Of a stretch of DNA of 64,000 bases, positions 38,567-48,761 are shown in pieces (position 1 is the first letter of the stretch; each line of letters starts with the position of its first letter). Made by a program: the position numbers and the translations under genes. This DNA is from an uncultured virus (IMG/VR IMGVR_UViG_3300042090_002752) (lineage: Duplodnaviria; Heunggongvirae; Uroviricota; Caudoviricetes). The notes beneath the pieces were generated by a model. It was not told the DNA's origin and ran no database searches. It was given only the letters and a program-made list of their open reading frames with translations. The stretch lies in the IMG/VR virus record IMGVR_UViG_3300042090_002752, one strand, 5' to 3'.

Positions 38567-38968
38567 TCATTTCGATGAGAATTGAATGAGCAGCGCAACG
38601 CCGATCAGAATTACCAGCGAACTCGCTACTCCTGCTGCCTCTCCGTAGTTCCTCGTAGCCCAGGCCTGATAGGGCGCCGGATTCTTCTTGCACCTTCGTC
38701 CAAGAAAGATTGACCTAGCTATCGACCCCAAGACGACTGCAATTGCCAAGCAGGCAATCATAGCCCGGAACAACGTGAAGTATGGGGACGACGGGTCGCC
38801 GAATACCTTAATGATTATCCCAGCGGCAAAAAAGATGACCAGTGGAAGTACAAGTCCAGCGAAAAGGCCGCGTAGGAAGGTTGCGTTTTTCGAATGTGAA
38901 AGGATGTGCCCCTTCGGATCTTTACCGGGTCCAGCACTCATGTAGTTGCACCGAGAACAGAAATACAT
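38567..38968 (-). CDS. Small three-TM membrane protein (moron)
   Basis: GGAG RBS; N-terminal CxxC; three hydrophobic helices; lower GC. Confidence 0.7.
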   Translation of the reverse strand: MYFCSRCNYMSAGPGKDPKGHILSHSKNATFLRGLFAGLVLPLVIFFAAGIIIKVFGDPSSPYFTLFRAMIACLAIAVVLGSIARSIFLGRRCKKNPAPYQAWATRNYGEAAGVASSLVILIGVALLIQFSSK

Positions 38969-39093
38969 ATCGCAACTCCGCCCAGGATGTTACCACAGGC
39001 CTGCTGTCGGATGTCTGACGTTTTGTCTCGTTGAGATGATCGGCGCCTGCCGCGTCGCCCATTGGCCAGTCCCCATTCCCTCCGCCATCGGCC

Positions 39094-39353
39094 TCACAGC
39101 CCAGCGGCATTTATGTGCCGGATCTCCTCCACCAGGACCTCCAGACGCGCGTGCATGTTCTCTTCGCGTCGATGACATTCCCCGGCGTGCACGCAGGTGC
39201 CATTGATCCGTGTGGTGATCCGGTTCTCCATCTCCCCACATCCATACGCACCTCCGCGAGCAGTGCGCGATTCTGCAGCCCACCGAAGGTGCCAATCATT
39301 CCTGAAACGAGCCCGACTGCGGCGACAAGAAGCCGAATAAGGGTTTCTTCCAT
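39094..39353 (-). pseudogene. Frameshifted small phage membrane/coiled-coil gene
   Basis: MEETLIRLLVAAVGLVSG...LLAEVRMDV continues plausibly in another frame as EMENRITTRINGT...EENMHARLE; apparent 1-bp loss in the G-run near 39235. Confidence 0.5.
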
Positions 39354-39481
39354 GGCAGTGTCTCGAGAATCTGTAATTCAGCGCACCAATCGGATAATGC
39401 GAGGTACAGGCCCTGTACATCGGGATTGAAGGCGCGCAACTCAGCTTCGACGTGCGCCAGTTCACGGTGGCAAAGCTCGAT

Positions 39482-40747
39482 TCAAGCGGCCGTGTCCAGC
39501 CGCTCCGCGGCCAGCTCTTTGAACAGCCGTCCGTCAGCTTCGAGCATAGCCAGTTGGCCCGTATGTTCCTGCCAGCGCCGAACGATGACATCGCAATACT
39601 TCGGCTCCATCTCGATGAGCCGCGCCTGGCGCCTCGTGCGCTCGCAGGCGATCAGTGTCGTGCCGGAACCGCCGAAAGGATCGAGCACCGTGTCGCGCGT
39701 CTTGCTCGAGTTGCGCACGGCGCGCTCCACCAATTCAACCGGTTTCATCGTCGGGTGCAGATCGTTCACGTGCGGCTTTTTGATGAACCAGATGTCGCCC
39801 TGGTCACGGGCGCCGCACCAGAAATGGTCCGTGCCCTCTTTCCACCCGTACAGGATCGGTTCGTATTGGCGCTGGTAATCCGCTCGGCCGATGGTGAATG
39901 TGTTCTTCGCCCAAATCACGAAGGTCGACCAGTGGCCACCGGCTTCGCGGAAGGCCTTCTCCAGGGTGTGCAGTTCCGATGACGACATGCAGATGTAGAC
40001 CGCGCCCTTGGCGACGACCAGGATGTTCACGCAGGCATCGTACAGGAATTTCTCAAAGTCGCTCCCCAGATTATCGTTGGCGATCTTGCGATCCTTCCCC
40101 CGCAGCTTGTCCTTCATCGTGGCGCCGTAGTTCACGTTGTACGGTGGATCGCAAAAGACCATGTCGGCGAGGCCGCCGGCGAGCACTTTCTCGACTACCT
40201 CGATTTGCGTCGAGTCACCGCACAGCAGCCGATGCTCTCCGAGCACCCACACATCGCCCGGCACGGTCACCGCCGTCTCCGGCACTTCGGGCGCGGCGTC
40301 TTCGTCGGTGTGGCCCGCCGCCGCTTCTTCCGGATCCTCCAGGAGGGCATCCAACTCGTCCTGGGAGAAGCCCAGCACTTCCAGGTCAAAGTCTTCAACC
40401 TGCAGGCCCTGGATCTCGTCGCGCAGCATGGCCTCGTCCCAGCCGGCGTTTGCGGCAATCCGGTTGTCAGCGATGACCAGTGCGCGCCGTTGGGCGTCGT
40501 TCAGGTGCGGCAGGGCGATGACTGGCACCTCGGTCATCTTCAGTTCGCGCGCTGCTACGAGACGAGCGTGGCCAGCGATGATCACGCGGTCTTCGCCCAC
40601 CAGGATCGGGCAGGTCCACCCAAACTCCCGGATCGACTTCACGACCTGCGCAATCTGCTCAGGCAAGTGAGTCCGCGAGTTGTGCTCGTACGGAATCAGG
40701 TCGCCGATGGGCCAGAACTGGATTTTCAAATGGGAGAGATCGATCAC
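39482..40747 (-). CDS. ParB-N domain plus N6/N4 DNA methyltransferase
   Basis: NSRTH...IIAGHAR (ParB); DPPY, HPTMKP and LDPFGGSGTT motifs. Confidence 0.95.
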   Translation of the reverse strand: MIDLSHLKIQFWPIGDLIPYEHNSRTHLPEQIAQVVKSIREFGWTCPILVGEDRVIIAGHARLVAARELKMTEVPVIALPHLNDAQRRALVIADNRIAANAGWDEAMLRDEIQGLQVEDFDLEVLGFSQDELDALLEDPEEAAAGHTDEDAAPEVPETAVTVPGDVWVLGEHRLLCGDSTQIEVVEKVLAGGLADMVFCDPPYNVNYGATMKDKLRGKDRKIANDNLGSDFEKFLYDACVNILVVAKGAVYICMSSSELHTLEKAFREAGGHWSTFVIWAKNTFTIGRADYQRQYEPILYGWKEGTDHFWCGARDQGDIWFIKKPHVNDLHPTMKPVELVERAVRNSSKTRDTVLDPFGGSGTTLIACERTRRQARLIEMEPKYCDVIVRRWQEHTGQLAMLEADGRLFKELAAERLDTAA

Positions 40748-42198
40748 GATGCCTTCCGTAAAACGTCGGCGCCGCGGAATGCAGCCACCTGCGCGAACGT
40801 ACGTCCGTCAGCCTCGAGGTACGCCTCCTCGCCGGTCAGCTGGCCGATCCTGGAGAGAATCACGTCGCAATACGCCGGCGAGATCTCGCAGCCGTAGCCG
40901 GTCCGGCCGAGCACGTGCGCCGCGGCCAGCGTGGTACCACTGCCGGTGAACGGATCGAAGATGTTATCGCCGGGGTCGGAGAACGCCTTCACGAAGAATT
41001 CGACCAGCGCTCGGGGGAAGGGCGCAGAGTGCGAACCCTGGGTGGATTCGGTCTTGCACTCGATCACGTTCGAGGGCCGGGCGATGCCGCTGTGCCGGCC
41101 ATCTTCATCTGTGGAACCGGACTCACCTGCGGCACCGCCGCGCGCCCCCGTTCCCAGCAGCCCACTGCCGGAAGTCGATTTTGGATTATCGGGCGAGTAG
41201 TCGAAACAATCCTCCGAAGCATGGCCCACCGCCTGTGGCCGGAACTTAATGGCCGATTGGCGGCACAGGTGGAACACCGGCTCGTGCGCGTTTTTGAAGC
41301 GGTTGGGCCAGCCTCCAGGAACGCCGTTGTCGGTCTTGCGCCAGAGTAGATCGTCGACGAACCGCCAGCCCCACTGGCGCTTGTGCGCAATGACCAGGTC
41401 CATTACGTACAGGCTGCGTTCGCCGTCCTCAGCGTGCGCCTTGATGTTCACAAACCACGAACCATCCGCTGCGAGCACCGCCTCGACGTTGTTTGCCACT
41501 GCCCGGAACCAATCCACGTATTCGTCCGGTGGGATCGGCCTAAAACCGCTCGAAGGATCGTACTCGCGTTGCGATGCGTACGGCGGCGATGTGATGGCCA
41601 CGTTCACTGCCCCGCCGTTAAGCACGGCCTTCACGACAGCCAGTTCCCGGCAATCTCCGCAGATCAGCCGGTGCCGGCCGATGGCCCAAATGTCGCCGGC
41701 GCGGGTGACCGGATCGGCTGGCGCCTCGGGCGTGCTGTCCTCCGCAGAAGTCTGTTCCGCGGCCTGGTCGTCGCTGGCGGGATCCGCCAGTAACGCGCGA
41801 AGCTCTTCGTCGTTGAAACCGACGACGTCCAGATCGAAGTCTTCGTCCTGCAACGCCTGCAGTTCAGCGCGCAACATCGCGTCGTCCCAGCCGGCGTTCA
41901 AAGCCAGCTTGTTGTCAGCGAGAACCAGCGCACGCTGCTCTGCCTCACTCAGGTGATCGAGCACAATGCAGGGCACTTCGGCCACGCCCAGCTTGCGTGC
42001 GGCGATCACCCGTGCGTGGCCGGCGATGATCGTGCCATCTGCGCCCATCAGGACCGGATTCGTCCAGCCGAAGCGCCGGATCGAGCGGACGAGCTGCTCG
42101 ATCTGCTCCTCGCTATGCGTCCGCGCGTTGCCGGCGTACGGAATCAGCGCGTCGATTGGCCGAAACTCCATCTCGTTTGGAATGTGCACTGGCGTCAT
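40744..42198 (-). CDS. ParB-N domain plus N4/N6 DNA methyltransferase (SPPY type)
   Basis: NARTH...IIAGHAR; TSPPY, HSAPFP and FDPFTGSGTT motifs. Confidence 0.95.
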   Translation of the reverse strand: MTPVHIPNEMEFRPIDALIPYAGNARTHSEEQIEQLVRSIRRFGWTNPVLMGADGTIIAGHARVIAARKLGVAEVPCIVLDHLSEAEQRALVLADNKLALNAGWDDAMLRAELQALQDEDFDLDVVGFNDEELRALLADPASDDQAAEQTSAEDSTPEAPADPVTRAGDIWAIGRHRLICGDCRELAVVKAVLNGGAVNVAITSPPYASQREYDPSSGFRPIPPDEYVDWFRAVANNVEAVLAADGSWFVNIKAHAEDGERSLYVMDLVIAHKRQWGWRFVDDLLWRKTDNGVPGGWPNRFKNAHEPVFHLCRQSAIKFRPQAVGHASEDCFDYSPDNPKSTSGSGLLGTGARGGAAGESGSTDEDGRHSGIARPSNVIECKTESTQGSHSAPFPRALVEFFVKAFSDPGDNIFDPFTGSGTTLAAAHVLGRTGYGCEISPAYCDVILSRIGQLTGEEAYLEADGRTFAQVAAFRGADVLRKAS

Positions 42199-42327
42199 TG
42201 CTGTCTAAGTGCCGCCACGGCTGGGGCCGGACTGCGTTGCACCCACGTTGGCCCGTTTTGCGTTGCAGGCGCCAAGGCAAGGCGTTGGGCTAAGCCGTCG
42301 GCCCGGTCGCCCGTTGGCCAGACTTGT

Positions 42328-42350
42328 TGACTGCGGAATTTCCGCAGTCA
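42328..42350. promoter_or_regulatory. Palindromic site TGACTGCGGAA-T-TTCCGCAGTCA (copy 1)
   Basis: Perfect 11-bp arms; the 23-mer 42329-42351 recurs identically at 53004-53026. Confidence 0.65.
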
Positions 42351-42368
42351 GACCGGCCATTCTGCTGC

Positions 42369-42704
42369 TCACCCGGACAGGCAATCGGTCACGACCTGCA
42401 GGAACACATTGCGCGCGGAGAACTTCACGCCATCCTCATCGCGGCCATCCAGCTTGCGGAGCTTCCAGCAGCGCCCGTGCTCCAACTTCTGCATGTGGCT
42501 GTACTTGGTGCCTTGCCTCGCCTTGGCCTCAATCGGATTGCTGCCATCCGGGCTCTGCAGCCAAATGGCTCGCAAGTGTCCCTTGCGGCCCCACGACGGC
42601 TTCACGTATCCGATTGCGATCAAACGTTTGGCGGCATCGGGAGTGCGGAAGCCAAGAGACGAGCCATCGGGCGCGTAGTAGGGGATCAAGCGTTCAGTCG
42701 TCAT
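42369..42704 (-). CDS. Hypothetical phage protein (first gene of the putative late operon)
   Basis: 111-aa ORF, IPYYAPDGSSLGFR...GRKGHLRAI. Confidence 0.75.
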   Translation of the reverse strand: MTTERLIPYYAPDGSSLGFRTPDAAKRLIAIGYVKPSWGRKGHLRAIWLQSPDGSNPIEAKARQGTKYSHMQKLEHGRCWKLRKLDGRDEDGVKFSARNVFLQVVTDCLSG

Positions 42705-42830
42705 GGGGGCACACTTCGGGTACGAGAGGAAGGGAGAGTGTTTTACGAGAGTCCCGTCGCTCGTTTTGGGAAGGGCACCTTCGAAGGTTGCGCCTCGCGC
42801 TCACCTTTTCGAACTGCGCCCCTCACTAGC

Positions 42831-42864
42831 AATATGTGCGAAACGTCGGAAAAACGTCCGGTCG
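42831..42864 (-). promoter_or_regulatory. Putative phage-specific promoter motif, copy 1
   Basis: 30/34 identical to 60509-60542; lies ~130 bp upstream of the late operon. Confidence 0.6.
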
Positions 42865-42873
42865 GTGATCAAG

Positions 42874-43677
42874 TTATTCCGGCGAGGCTCGTCTGATCCA
42901 GGGCTGATCAGTGTTCGGGTTGTAGAAATGCTGGCGCACCCCATTCGGCAGGATGATCTCGATGGATTGGCGCGTGACCTCGCCAATGCGGTCGCCTGGA
43001 TTCAAGTACGACACGAGCCCCCGGTTCTGGCTCGACGGTCTGCCGGTCGCGTAGAGCCGTTCATGCTTCCAGCCCAAGCCAATTGCTTGCTCCTGTATCG
43101 CGTCGACCATGGCAAGCGCCTCTGCAGCCGCGCCCAGCTTACCGGCCGCATGCGGCGCCTCGTGGCGGTCCCATGGCTCGGCTACCGGTGGCTGGTAATC
43201 CCTCGCATCCAAGGCGCGTACAGCTTCTTGCAGGGTGGTTTCTCCGAAGTGAGCTATGGCCCACTCGTGAATCCGGTTGAAGCTATCGCGAGTTGCGTCG
43301 AAGGCTTCCTGGGGAAGTTGCCCTGCCAGAACGGACAGCTTCGCCATTTGCATCTTGCTCCGCAGCCAGGCGTAGAACTCTGGATCCAGCTGCCGGTACG
43401 CCGTGTCGTTGATCTGAACGTCACGCGCGAAGTTCTCCGGCTGATCCGTTTTCCAGACGCTGAGTCCGGTGGAGACGAATAGAGCGGCCGAGCTCAGTTG
43501 GCGAGGCGGTGCCGGATCCAGCCCGGTTCCGGCCTCTAGGCCTACCGCGAGCGCGACCGGAACCGCGCAACCGATTGAGATGGAAGGAGTTTCTCGCTTA
43601 GGTTCCAATGGTTCACGGGTTCCAGTGGCCTCGGAAGACTCCCTAGAATAATAAAGCGTGTATATATGCCTACCCAT
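42874..43677 (-). CDS. Hypothetical phage protein (true start probably near 43500)
   Basis: FVST...FARDVQINDTAYRQLDPEFYAWLRSKM...QHFYNP; the N-terminal part overlaps the iteron region. Confidence 0.7.
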   Translation of the reverse strand: MGRHIYTLYYSRESSEATGTREPLEPKRETPSISIGCAVPVALAVGLEAGTGLDPAPPRQLSSAALFVSTGLSVWKTDQPENFARDVQINDTAYRQLDPEFYAWLRSKMQMAKLSVLAGQLPQEAFDATRDSFNRIHEWAIAHFGETTLQEAVRALDARDYQPPVAEPWDRHEAPHAAGKLGAAAEALAMVDAIQEQAIGLGWKHERLYATGRPSSQNRGLVSYLNPGDRIGEVTRQSIEIILPNGVRQHFYNPNTDQPWIRRASPE

Positions 43678-43813
43678 GTCCTACTCTTGATTTCTTTCTC
43701 TATACGTACGCCCGGATTTAGACTGGAACCACTGGTGATGCCTCACAAAACGCAGGACTTAGGCTGGGACCAGAGGCCGGAACCAGACTGGAACCGAGGC
43801 TATGCCTGGAACC
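43601..43813. other. Putative replication origin: oppositely oriented iterons around an AT-rich core
   Basis: GGTTCC/GGTTCA at 43601, 43610 and 43618; GGAACC at 43725, 43779, 43790 and 43808; AT-rich 43645-43705; directly downstream of the primase. Confidence 0.6.
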
Positions 43814-43818
43814 CCGTT

Positions 43819-46575
43819 TCACTCCGAACGCCGATACCGCCATTCCCGCAACGAACCCGTGCGAGCGTTGAATCGCTCCCACCCGTTCATGCGGAGGCAC
43901 CGGGCGACCCGAATCTTGTCCCACTGCGTCCACATGTCCTTCTTCTTTTCCAGGCACATGCTCAGCACGTCTGCGATCGAGACTGACTCGCGATCCTCAA
44001 TCCAGTTCACAATCAGTACGTCCCAGGGATCGCCCTCATACCGGTCGGCCTGCTCTTCGGCAGCGCGCTTGTTCAACTCGGGAGAATCCAGCCACCAGAC
44101 TTTCCCCTCATGGAACAGGAAGCAGGCTTCGGCCCAGAGCTGGTCCCGGCTCTCCTCAACTCCGTCCACGTCGATGGCCGGCGCCTTACACGCAACCGGC
44201 CAGAAGCGCCGGGCTCCGGTTTCATCCCGCAGATAGGTGGCGTGATTCACGCTGCCGGCGAAGATACACTGCCGTGGAACGTCAATTGGCCGGGATGCAT
44301 AGGGTGCACGAAAGCGGTCAGTGCGCTGGCTCATGAACTTCTTCACGCGGCCAACCTCGGTCCGGGACATCGTTTCCAATTCGCCGAGTTCAATGATCCA
44401 GACGCCTTGCATCTGCAGAGAAGCATCTTTTGAACCGAGTTCCGCGAGTTCGTCCGTGAACCAGGGTTGCGATAGAGCGTGCAGGGCAGTCGACTTTTTG
44501 ATGCCCTGTTCGCCCTCCAAGATCAGGCAGCAATCCGCCTTGCTCCCGGGCGCAAACACTCGCGCCACCGCCGAGATCATCCAGCGCGAGCCCACGGCTG
44601 AGGCATAGGGCGAGGGCTCCACGCCGAGGTAAGTGCTCAACCATGAGTCGAGCCGGGGCGTTCCATCCCAGGTGAGTCCTTCGAGGTACTCACGCACCGG
44701 ATGCACGCACCGCGCCTTGGCGACCGCTTCGACGGCTTGCCCGGCGATGTGAGACGGCACACAGATGTCCTGGCGCTGCAACCAGTCGGCTGCCAGGATG
44801 TCCTCGGCGCCGCCCCATGTGACGGGAAACGGAAGATCCGACGGCATCCACGGCGCTGGCCGCAGCGCGACGGTATGGAGTGAGAAATCGTCGTAAGCCA
44901 ACACGTCAGCCCACTCGGGCGACGAGCGCAACGCCGTGATGGCATTCGCCAGCAGGGACTTCACGTTACCGTTGGCAGTGAGCAAAAGCCCATCACGCCA
45001 ATTGGCTGATGTTTGCGTAGCCAGTGCGAGCTGCGGCCCCGAGGAGCGTGCGGCGCTCGCCCGCTTAGCGCCGGCCTGCTTCTTGCTGTCAATCCGGACG
45101 ATCTTCATCTGCTTACGCAGGGCCGCGATCGGCAGCCGGTCTCTGCCGCATTTCTCCTGGATCTGTTTGAGGAGACGTGGCTGAGCGATGGGATCCAGCT
45201 GGCCCACCTCGGCCAGCAGCGGACCAAGGACACGCACCAGGTCCGAGTCCGGAGTATCGGTGGAGAGCGCCGCGATCGCCATCTCGAGCGGCGTCTGGGC
45301 CACGGCGAGAATCTGTTCGAATTCCGCGGCCGTCTTGTCGGAGGCGAAATACTCATTCACGTCGATTTTGGCGTCGGCCAGCAGCGCATCCGCCTCGGCG
45401 CTATCGGTAGCCAGCCCGACCAGCCTCTCGCGCGCGGCGCGCTGTTTTTCGCCCAGCGGCAACACTGCCATCCGCGTTGTGATTCCGTTGGCACCGAGAA
45501 TGCGCGCCGTCTTCAACGCGCCGTGCATGCCGGCCTCGGAGATCTCGTTGTCCTGGCAGATGAAGACTGTCTTGACGCCAGCGAGCTTGGGCAGCAGCCG
45601 TTCCCAATCGGCTTCGCGGATCCGCACGGTCACCGGCGAGACCACCGGGAATCCGTGCTCCATGAGCGAGATGCAATCGGTGACTCCCTCGGTGATGATC
45701 ACCCGCTCGGGGCGCATCAGCAAAACGTCTTCGTTGTACAGAACGTCGTTCTGAATGCACTGCGCGACCTGTTCGTTATTGCGGTCGTTACGGACCGGGA
45801 GTTTCTTGTACTTCGACTTCTCCCACTCCTGATCGGGCGTCCACGGCGTACGGCGGCCGATCATGAAGACCACATTGCCCCGGCTCCAGTACGGGAAGAC
45901 AATCCGGCCCTCGAAGAAGGGGAACAGCCCGTCCTGTGCGGTCGGCCGGAACGCGGAGGTCGCCGACAGCTCGCGTAGCGTGAAGGCGCCGGCGCCTTCG
46001 GTCAGCGCCCGCACCGGACTGGGATCGTTCTCCGCGAAACCGATCTTCAGCCGCGCGATGGTGTCATCGCCAATGCCGTATTTCGATTTGAACCAGGCGA
46101 GGACTTCGGCGTTGGCAACCAGCCGCTGATGATAGATCTCGGCCAATGCTGCCAGAGCTTCGCGCACGCGCCAGGTGAGCCGGTGCTCTTCTTCCGCCGC
46201 GGCGATCTCCTCCGGGGACCGGCCGAGTTGCGCCAGGGGCGGCAAGCCCACGTGGGTCGCGAGAAAATCGCGGGCCTCGCGGTGCGATTTCGGCATGACG
46301 CCGGACTGGCCGCGCGTCACCGTGCCAGCCTGCACAAATTCGACGAGTTGCAACACGTCGCCGCCGACACCACATCCGAAGCAATACCAGCCCTGCTTGT
46401 CGAGCATGACCTGCAGCGAGCGGTGCGACTGGCTGCGGTGGTTCGGACAATCACAGAACAGGGTCGAGCCCGATTCCTGTGTGACGCGCCCGCCGAGCAT
46501 TTCTCGGGCCAGGGCGCCGATATCCAGATCGGTGATCTGCCGGTAATAAGTTTGAACGTCTGCTGGTGTACTCAC
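43819..46575 (-). CDS. Primase-helicase: CHC2 zinc finger, Toprim and VapE/VirE domains
   Basis: CPNH...WYCFGC; ITEGVTDC and QDNE (Toprim); HPVREYL..L.WDG.PRL, LEGEQGIKKST and FRAPY...TGARRFWPV (VapE); GTGA overlap with RecD2. Confidence 0.92.
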   Translation of the reverse strand: MSTPADVQTYYRQITDLDIGALAREMLGGRVTQESGSTLFCDCPNHRSQSHRSLQVMLDKQGWYCFGCGVGGDVLQLVEFVQAGTVTRGQSGVMPKSHREARDFLATHVGLPPLAQLGRSPEEIAAAEEEHRLTWRVREALAALAEIYHQRLVANAEVLAWFKSKYGIGDDTIARLKIGFAENDPSPVRALTEGAGAFTLRELSATSAFRPTAQDGLFPFFEGRIVFPYWSRGNVVFMIGRRTPWTPDQEWEKSKYKKLPVRNDRNNEQVAQCIQNDVLYNEDVLLMRPERVIITEGVTDCISLMEHGFPVVSPVTVRIREADWERLLPKLAGVKTVFICQDNEISEAGMHGALKTARILGANGITTRMAVLPLGEKQRAARERLVGLATDSAEADALLADAKIDVNEYFASDKTAAEFEQILAVAQTPLEMAIAALSTDTPDSDLVRVLGPLLAEVGQLDPIAQPRLLKQIQEKCGRDRLPIAALRKQMKIVRIDSKKQAGAKRASAARSSGPQLALATQTSANWRDGLLLTANGNVKSLLANAITALRSSPEWADVLAYDDFSLHTVALRPAPWMPSDLPFPVTWGGAEDILAADWLQRQDICVPSHIAGQAVEAVAKARCVHPVREYLEGLTWDGTPRLDSWLSTYLGVEPSPYASAVGSRWMISAVARVFAPGSKADCCLILEGEQGIKKSTALHALSQPWFTDELAELGSKDASLQMQGVWIIELGELETMSRTEVGRVKKFMSQRTDRFRAPYASRPIDVPRQCIFAGSVNHATYLRDETGARRFWPVACKAPAIDVDGVEESRDQLWAEACFLFHEGKVWWLDSPELNKRAAEEQADRYEGDPWDVLIVNWIEDRESVSIADVLSMCLEKKKDMWTQWDKIRVARCLRMNGWERFNARTGSLREWRYRRSE

Positions 46576-48761
46576 GCACGGTCCTCCGGAAGTAAAAAAG
46601 AGAGAAAAGTATTGCGGCGGTCGACTTGGCGCTTGGTGGCGCAATTGGCGATGCCCCAGCGATCGCCCAGGACGATCACCGACTCCTTAGCGCGCGTCAC
46701 CGCGGTGTAGAGCAGGTTGCGGTGATGCATGAACGAGTGCGATTTGTGGGCGATGACAATGGCGCAGGGGAACTCCGATCCCTGCTGCTTGTGGATCGAG
46801 GTGGCGTACGCCAGTTGCACGTTGTTTACGGCCTCGGTGGCTGCGTCGATCTTGACAGGCCGTCCCTCGAAGTCGATGGCCAGACTACCGTCATCACCGG
46901 CGGCGGCAACGATGCCCATGGCGCCGTTCATCACGTCCAGGTCGTAGTCGTTCTTGGTCTGGATCACCTTGTCGCCGGCGTAGAGACGTGGCCGCCGCCC
47001 CGGCTCCGCATCGGCTACCGTCACCCCGTTGAGCTTGCGCTGCAGGAGCCGCTGCAATTCAATGTTCAGCTCAGCCGTACCCAGGGGCCCCTTGTGGATG
47101 GGCGTCAAAACCTGCACGTCCCGCAGCAGGTCGTAGCCCAGGCGCTCGTGCAGGATTTCATCAAACAAGAGCAGCAGCATGCGGCGGACATCGAGGCTGT
47201 CGGTAAAATTGTCGATCACATACCAGGGGCGCCGCGCTCCGAGAAGTACCTCCGCGGTCGGCCGCACTTCGCCATCGAGAATCGCTGTGGAGTTCTCTTT
47301 CAGAACGCCGGCCTGGCGGATGATTCGGGTGAGCACCGTCGTGGGAATTGCGCGGGACTGCACCAGGTCGCGCAGCAGATTGCCCGGGCCCACCGGCGGC
47401 AACTGATTGTGGTCACCAACCAGGATCACGGCCGTGCGATGGCGGTCGATAGCTTGAAACAGCTGCCAGGCAAGCGGGATATCGGTCATGGAAACTTCAT
47501 CGACAACCAGGATGTCGGCCTCGATCGGGTTGAGTGCATCGCGTGAGTAAGTGCGGCCGTTGTAGCCGAGCAGACGATGGATCGTGCCGGCCTCATGACC
47601 GACCACTTCCTCCATCCGCTTCGCCGCTTTGCCCGTGGGCGCGGCGAGCACGACTTCCAACTCCAGATGCTCGGCAATGCTGGTGATGGCCGAGACGGCG
47701 TAGGTCTTGCCACTTCCGGCGCCGCCTGTCATGAGCGAGATGGAGTAGCAGAATGCATTGCGTACGGCGGCCCGCTGGTCGGGGTTCAGCGTGCCGGCCT
47801 CGGCGTCGAGCAGCGCTTCGACATTGGCGACCGCGTGCGGATTGGGATGCGTGGCTTCGCGCAGGATTTCCGCAAGCTCGGTCTCCATCCGATAGATCTC
47901 GGGATCGGCGACAACGAGCTGGGCGAAGGGCAGCGAGACCAGTTGCGCCTCGGCGATCAGAGCTTCCAGATGGCCTTCGATCACCTCGCGGCAGTCGAGG
48001 CTGTCCATCACCAGCAGCGTGTTGGCGCGGTCGAGGAGTTCTTCGTACTCCACCCAGCAATCGCCGTCGTCGAGCGCCTCAGCAACGCAGAACATCAGGC
48101 CGGCGCGGATCCGGGATGGGAGATCCTTGGGCGTGCCCATCTTGCGCGCGATCTTGTCGACCCGTTTGAAACCGAAGCCGCGGATCTCGCGAACGAGCAC
48201 GTAAGGATCCCGCTGCAACATGGGCACGACCTGGCTGCCAAAGCGTTCCACCAGTGTCGTCACCTGGTGATGCGTCAGAGCGAAGCGCGAGAGATAGGTC
48301 ATTGCGGCATTGAAGTTGGCGTTCCCGATCCAGACTCGCTGCAGGGTGAGGGCGGCCTCGGCGGGAATCTTTGCGACAGAAGCCACGGCTTCCGGCCTTG
48401 TCCGGATCACCGCATCAAAATGAGTGCCGAACTCATCGGCGATCGCCCGGGCCTTGGCTGGACCGATGCCTTTCACGTCGGGATGGTTTGCCAGGAAATT
48501 TGCCAGACCATCGGTGTCCATTTCCAGGTCATAGCCAAGACTTTCCGCCACAAACTGCAGGCCGTACTTCGGATGCTTTGCCCAGTGTCCTTCCAGCACG
48601 ACGGATTCGCCCTCGCGCACGAAGATCTTGCCGGCGAAAGTGGCAAGCACTCCGTCCGGAGTGCGCAGTTTCCCGGCACTGAATGTCGCGCCGGAATAGA
48701 ACACGATCTCCACGATGCCGCGGAGGCTCGTTTGAACCTCCGCGACCAATGCATTCGTCAT
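46572..48761 (-). CDS. RecD2-like SF1B helicase
   Basis: KGIGP (HhH), GFGFKRVD, TGGAGSGKT, APTGKAAKR, VDEVSM, GDHNQLPPVGPG, HKQQGSEF and LLYTAVTRAK motifs. Confidence 0.95.
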   Translation of the reverse strand: MTNALVAEVQTSLRGIVEIVFYSGATFSAGKLRTPDGVLATFAGKIFVREGESVVLEGHWAKHPKYGLQFVAESLGYDLEMDTDGLANFLANHPDVKGIGPAKARAIADEFGTHFDAVIRTRPEAVASVAKIPAEAALTLQRVWIGNANFNAAMTYLSRFALTHHQVTTLVERFGSQVVPMLQRDPYVLVREIRGFGFKRVDKIARKMGTPKDLPSRIRAGLMFCVAEALDDGDCWVEYEELLDRANTLLVMDSLDCREVIEGHLEALIAEAQLVSLPFAQLVVADPEIYRMETELAEILREATHPNPHAVANVEALLDAEAGTLNPDQRAAVRNAFCYSISLMTGGAGSGKTYAVSAITSIAEHLELEVVLAAPTGKAAKRMEEVVGHEAGTIHRLLGYNGRTYSRDALNPIEADILVVDEVSMTDIPLAWQLFQAIDRHRTAVILVGDHNQLPPVGPGNLLRDLVQSRAIPTTVLTRIIRQAGVLKENSTAILDGEVRPTAEVLLGARRPWYVIDNFTDSLDVRRMLLLLFDEILHERLGYDLLRDVQVLTPIHKGPLGTAELNIELQRLLQRKLNGVTVADAEPGRRPRLYAGDKVIQTKNDYDLDVMNGAMGIVAAAGDDGSLAIDFEGRPVKIDAATEAVNNVQLAYATSIHKQQGSEFPCAIVIAHKSHSFMHHRNLLYTAVTRAKESVIVLGDRWGIANCATKRQVDRRNTFLSFLLPEDRA

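Noticed and set aside
39482..42198. Restriction-modification system
   Set aside because: There is no adjacent endonuclease, and ParB-fused orphan MTases before the terminase are a common phage feature.
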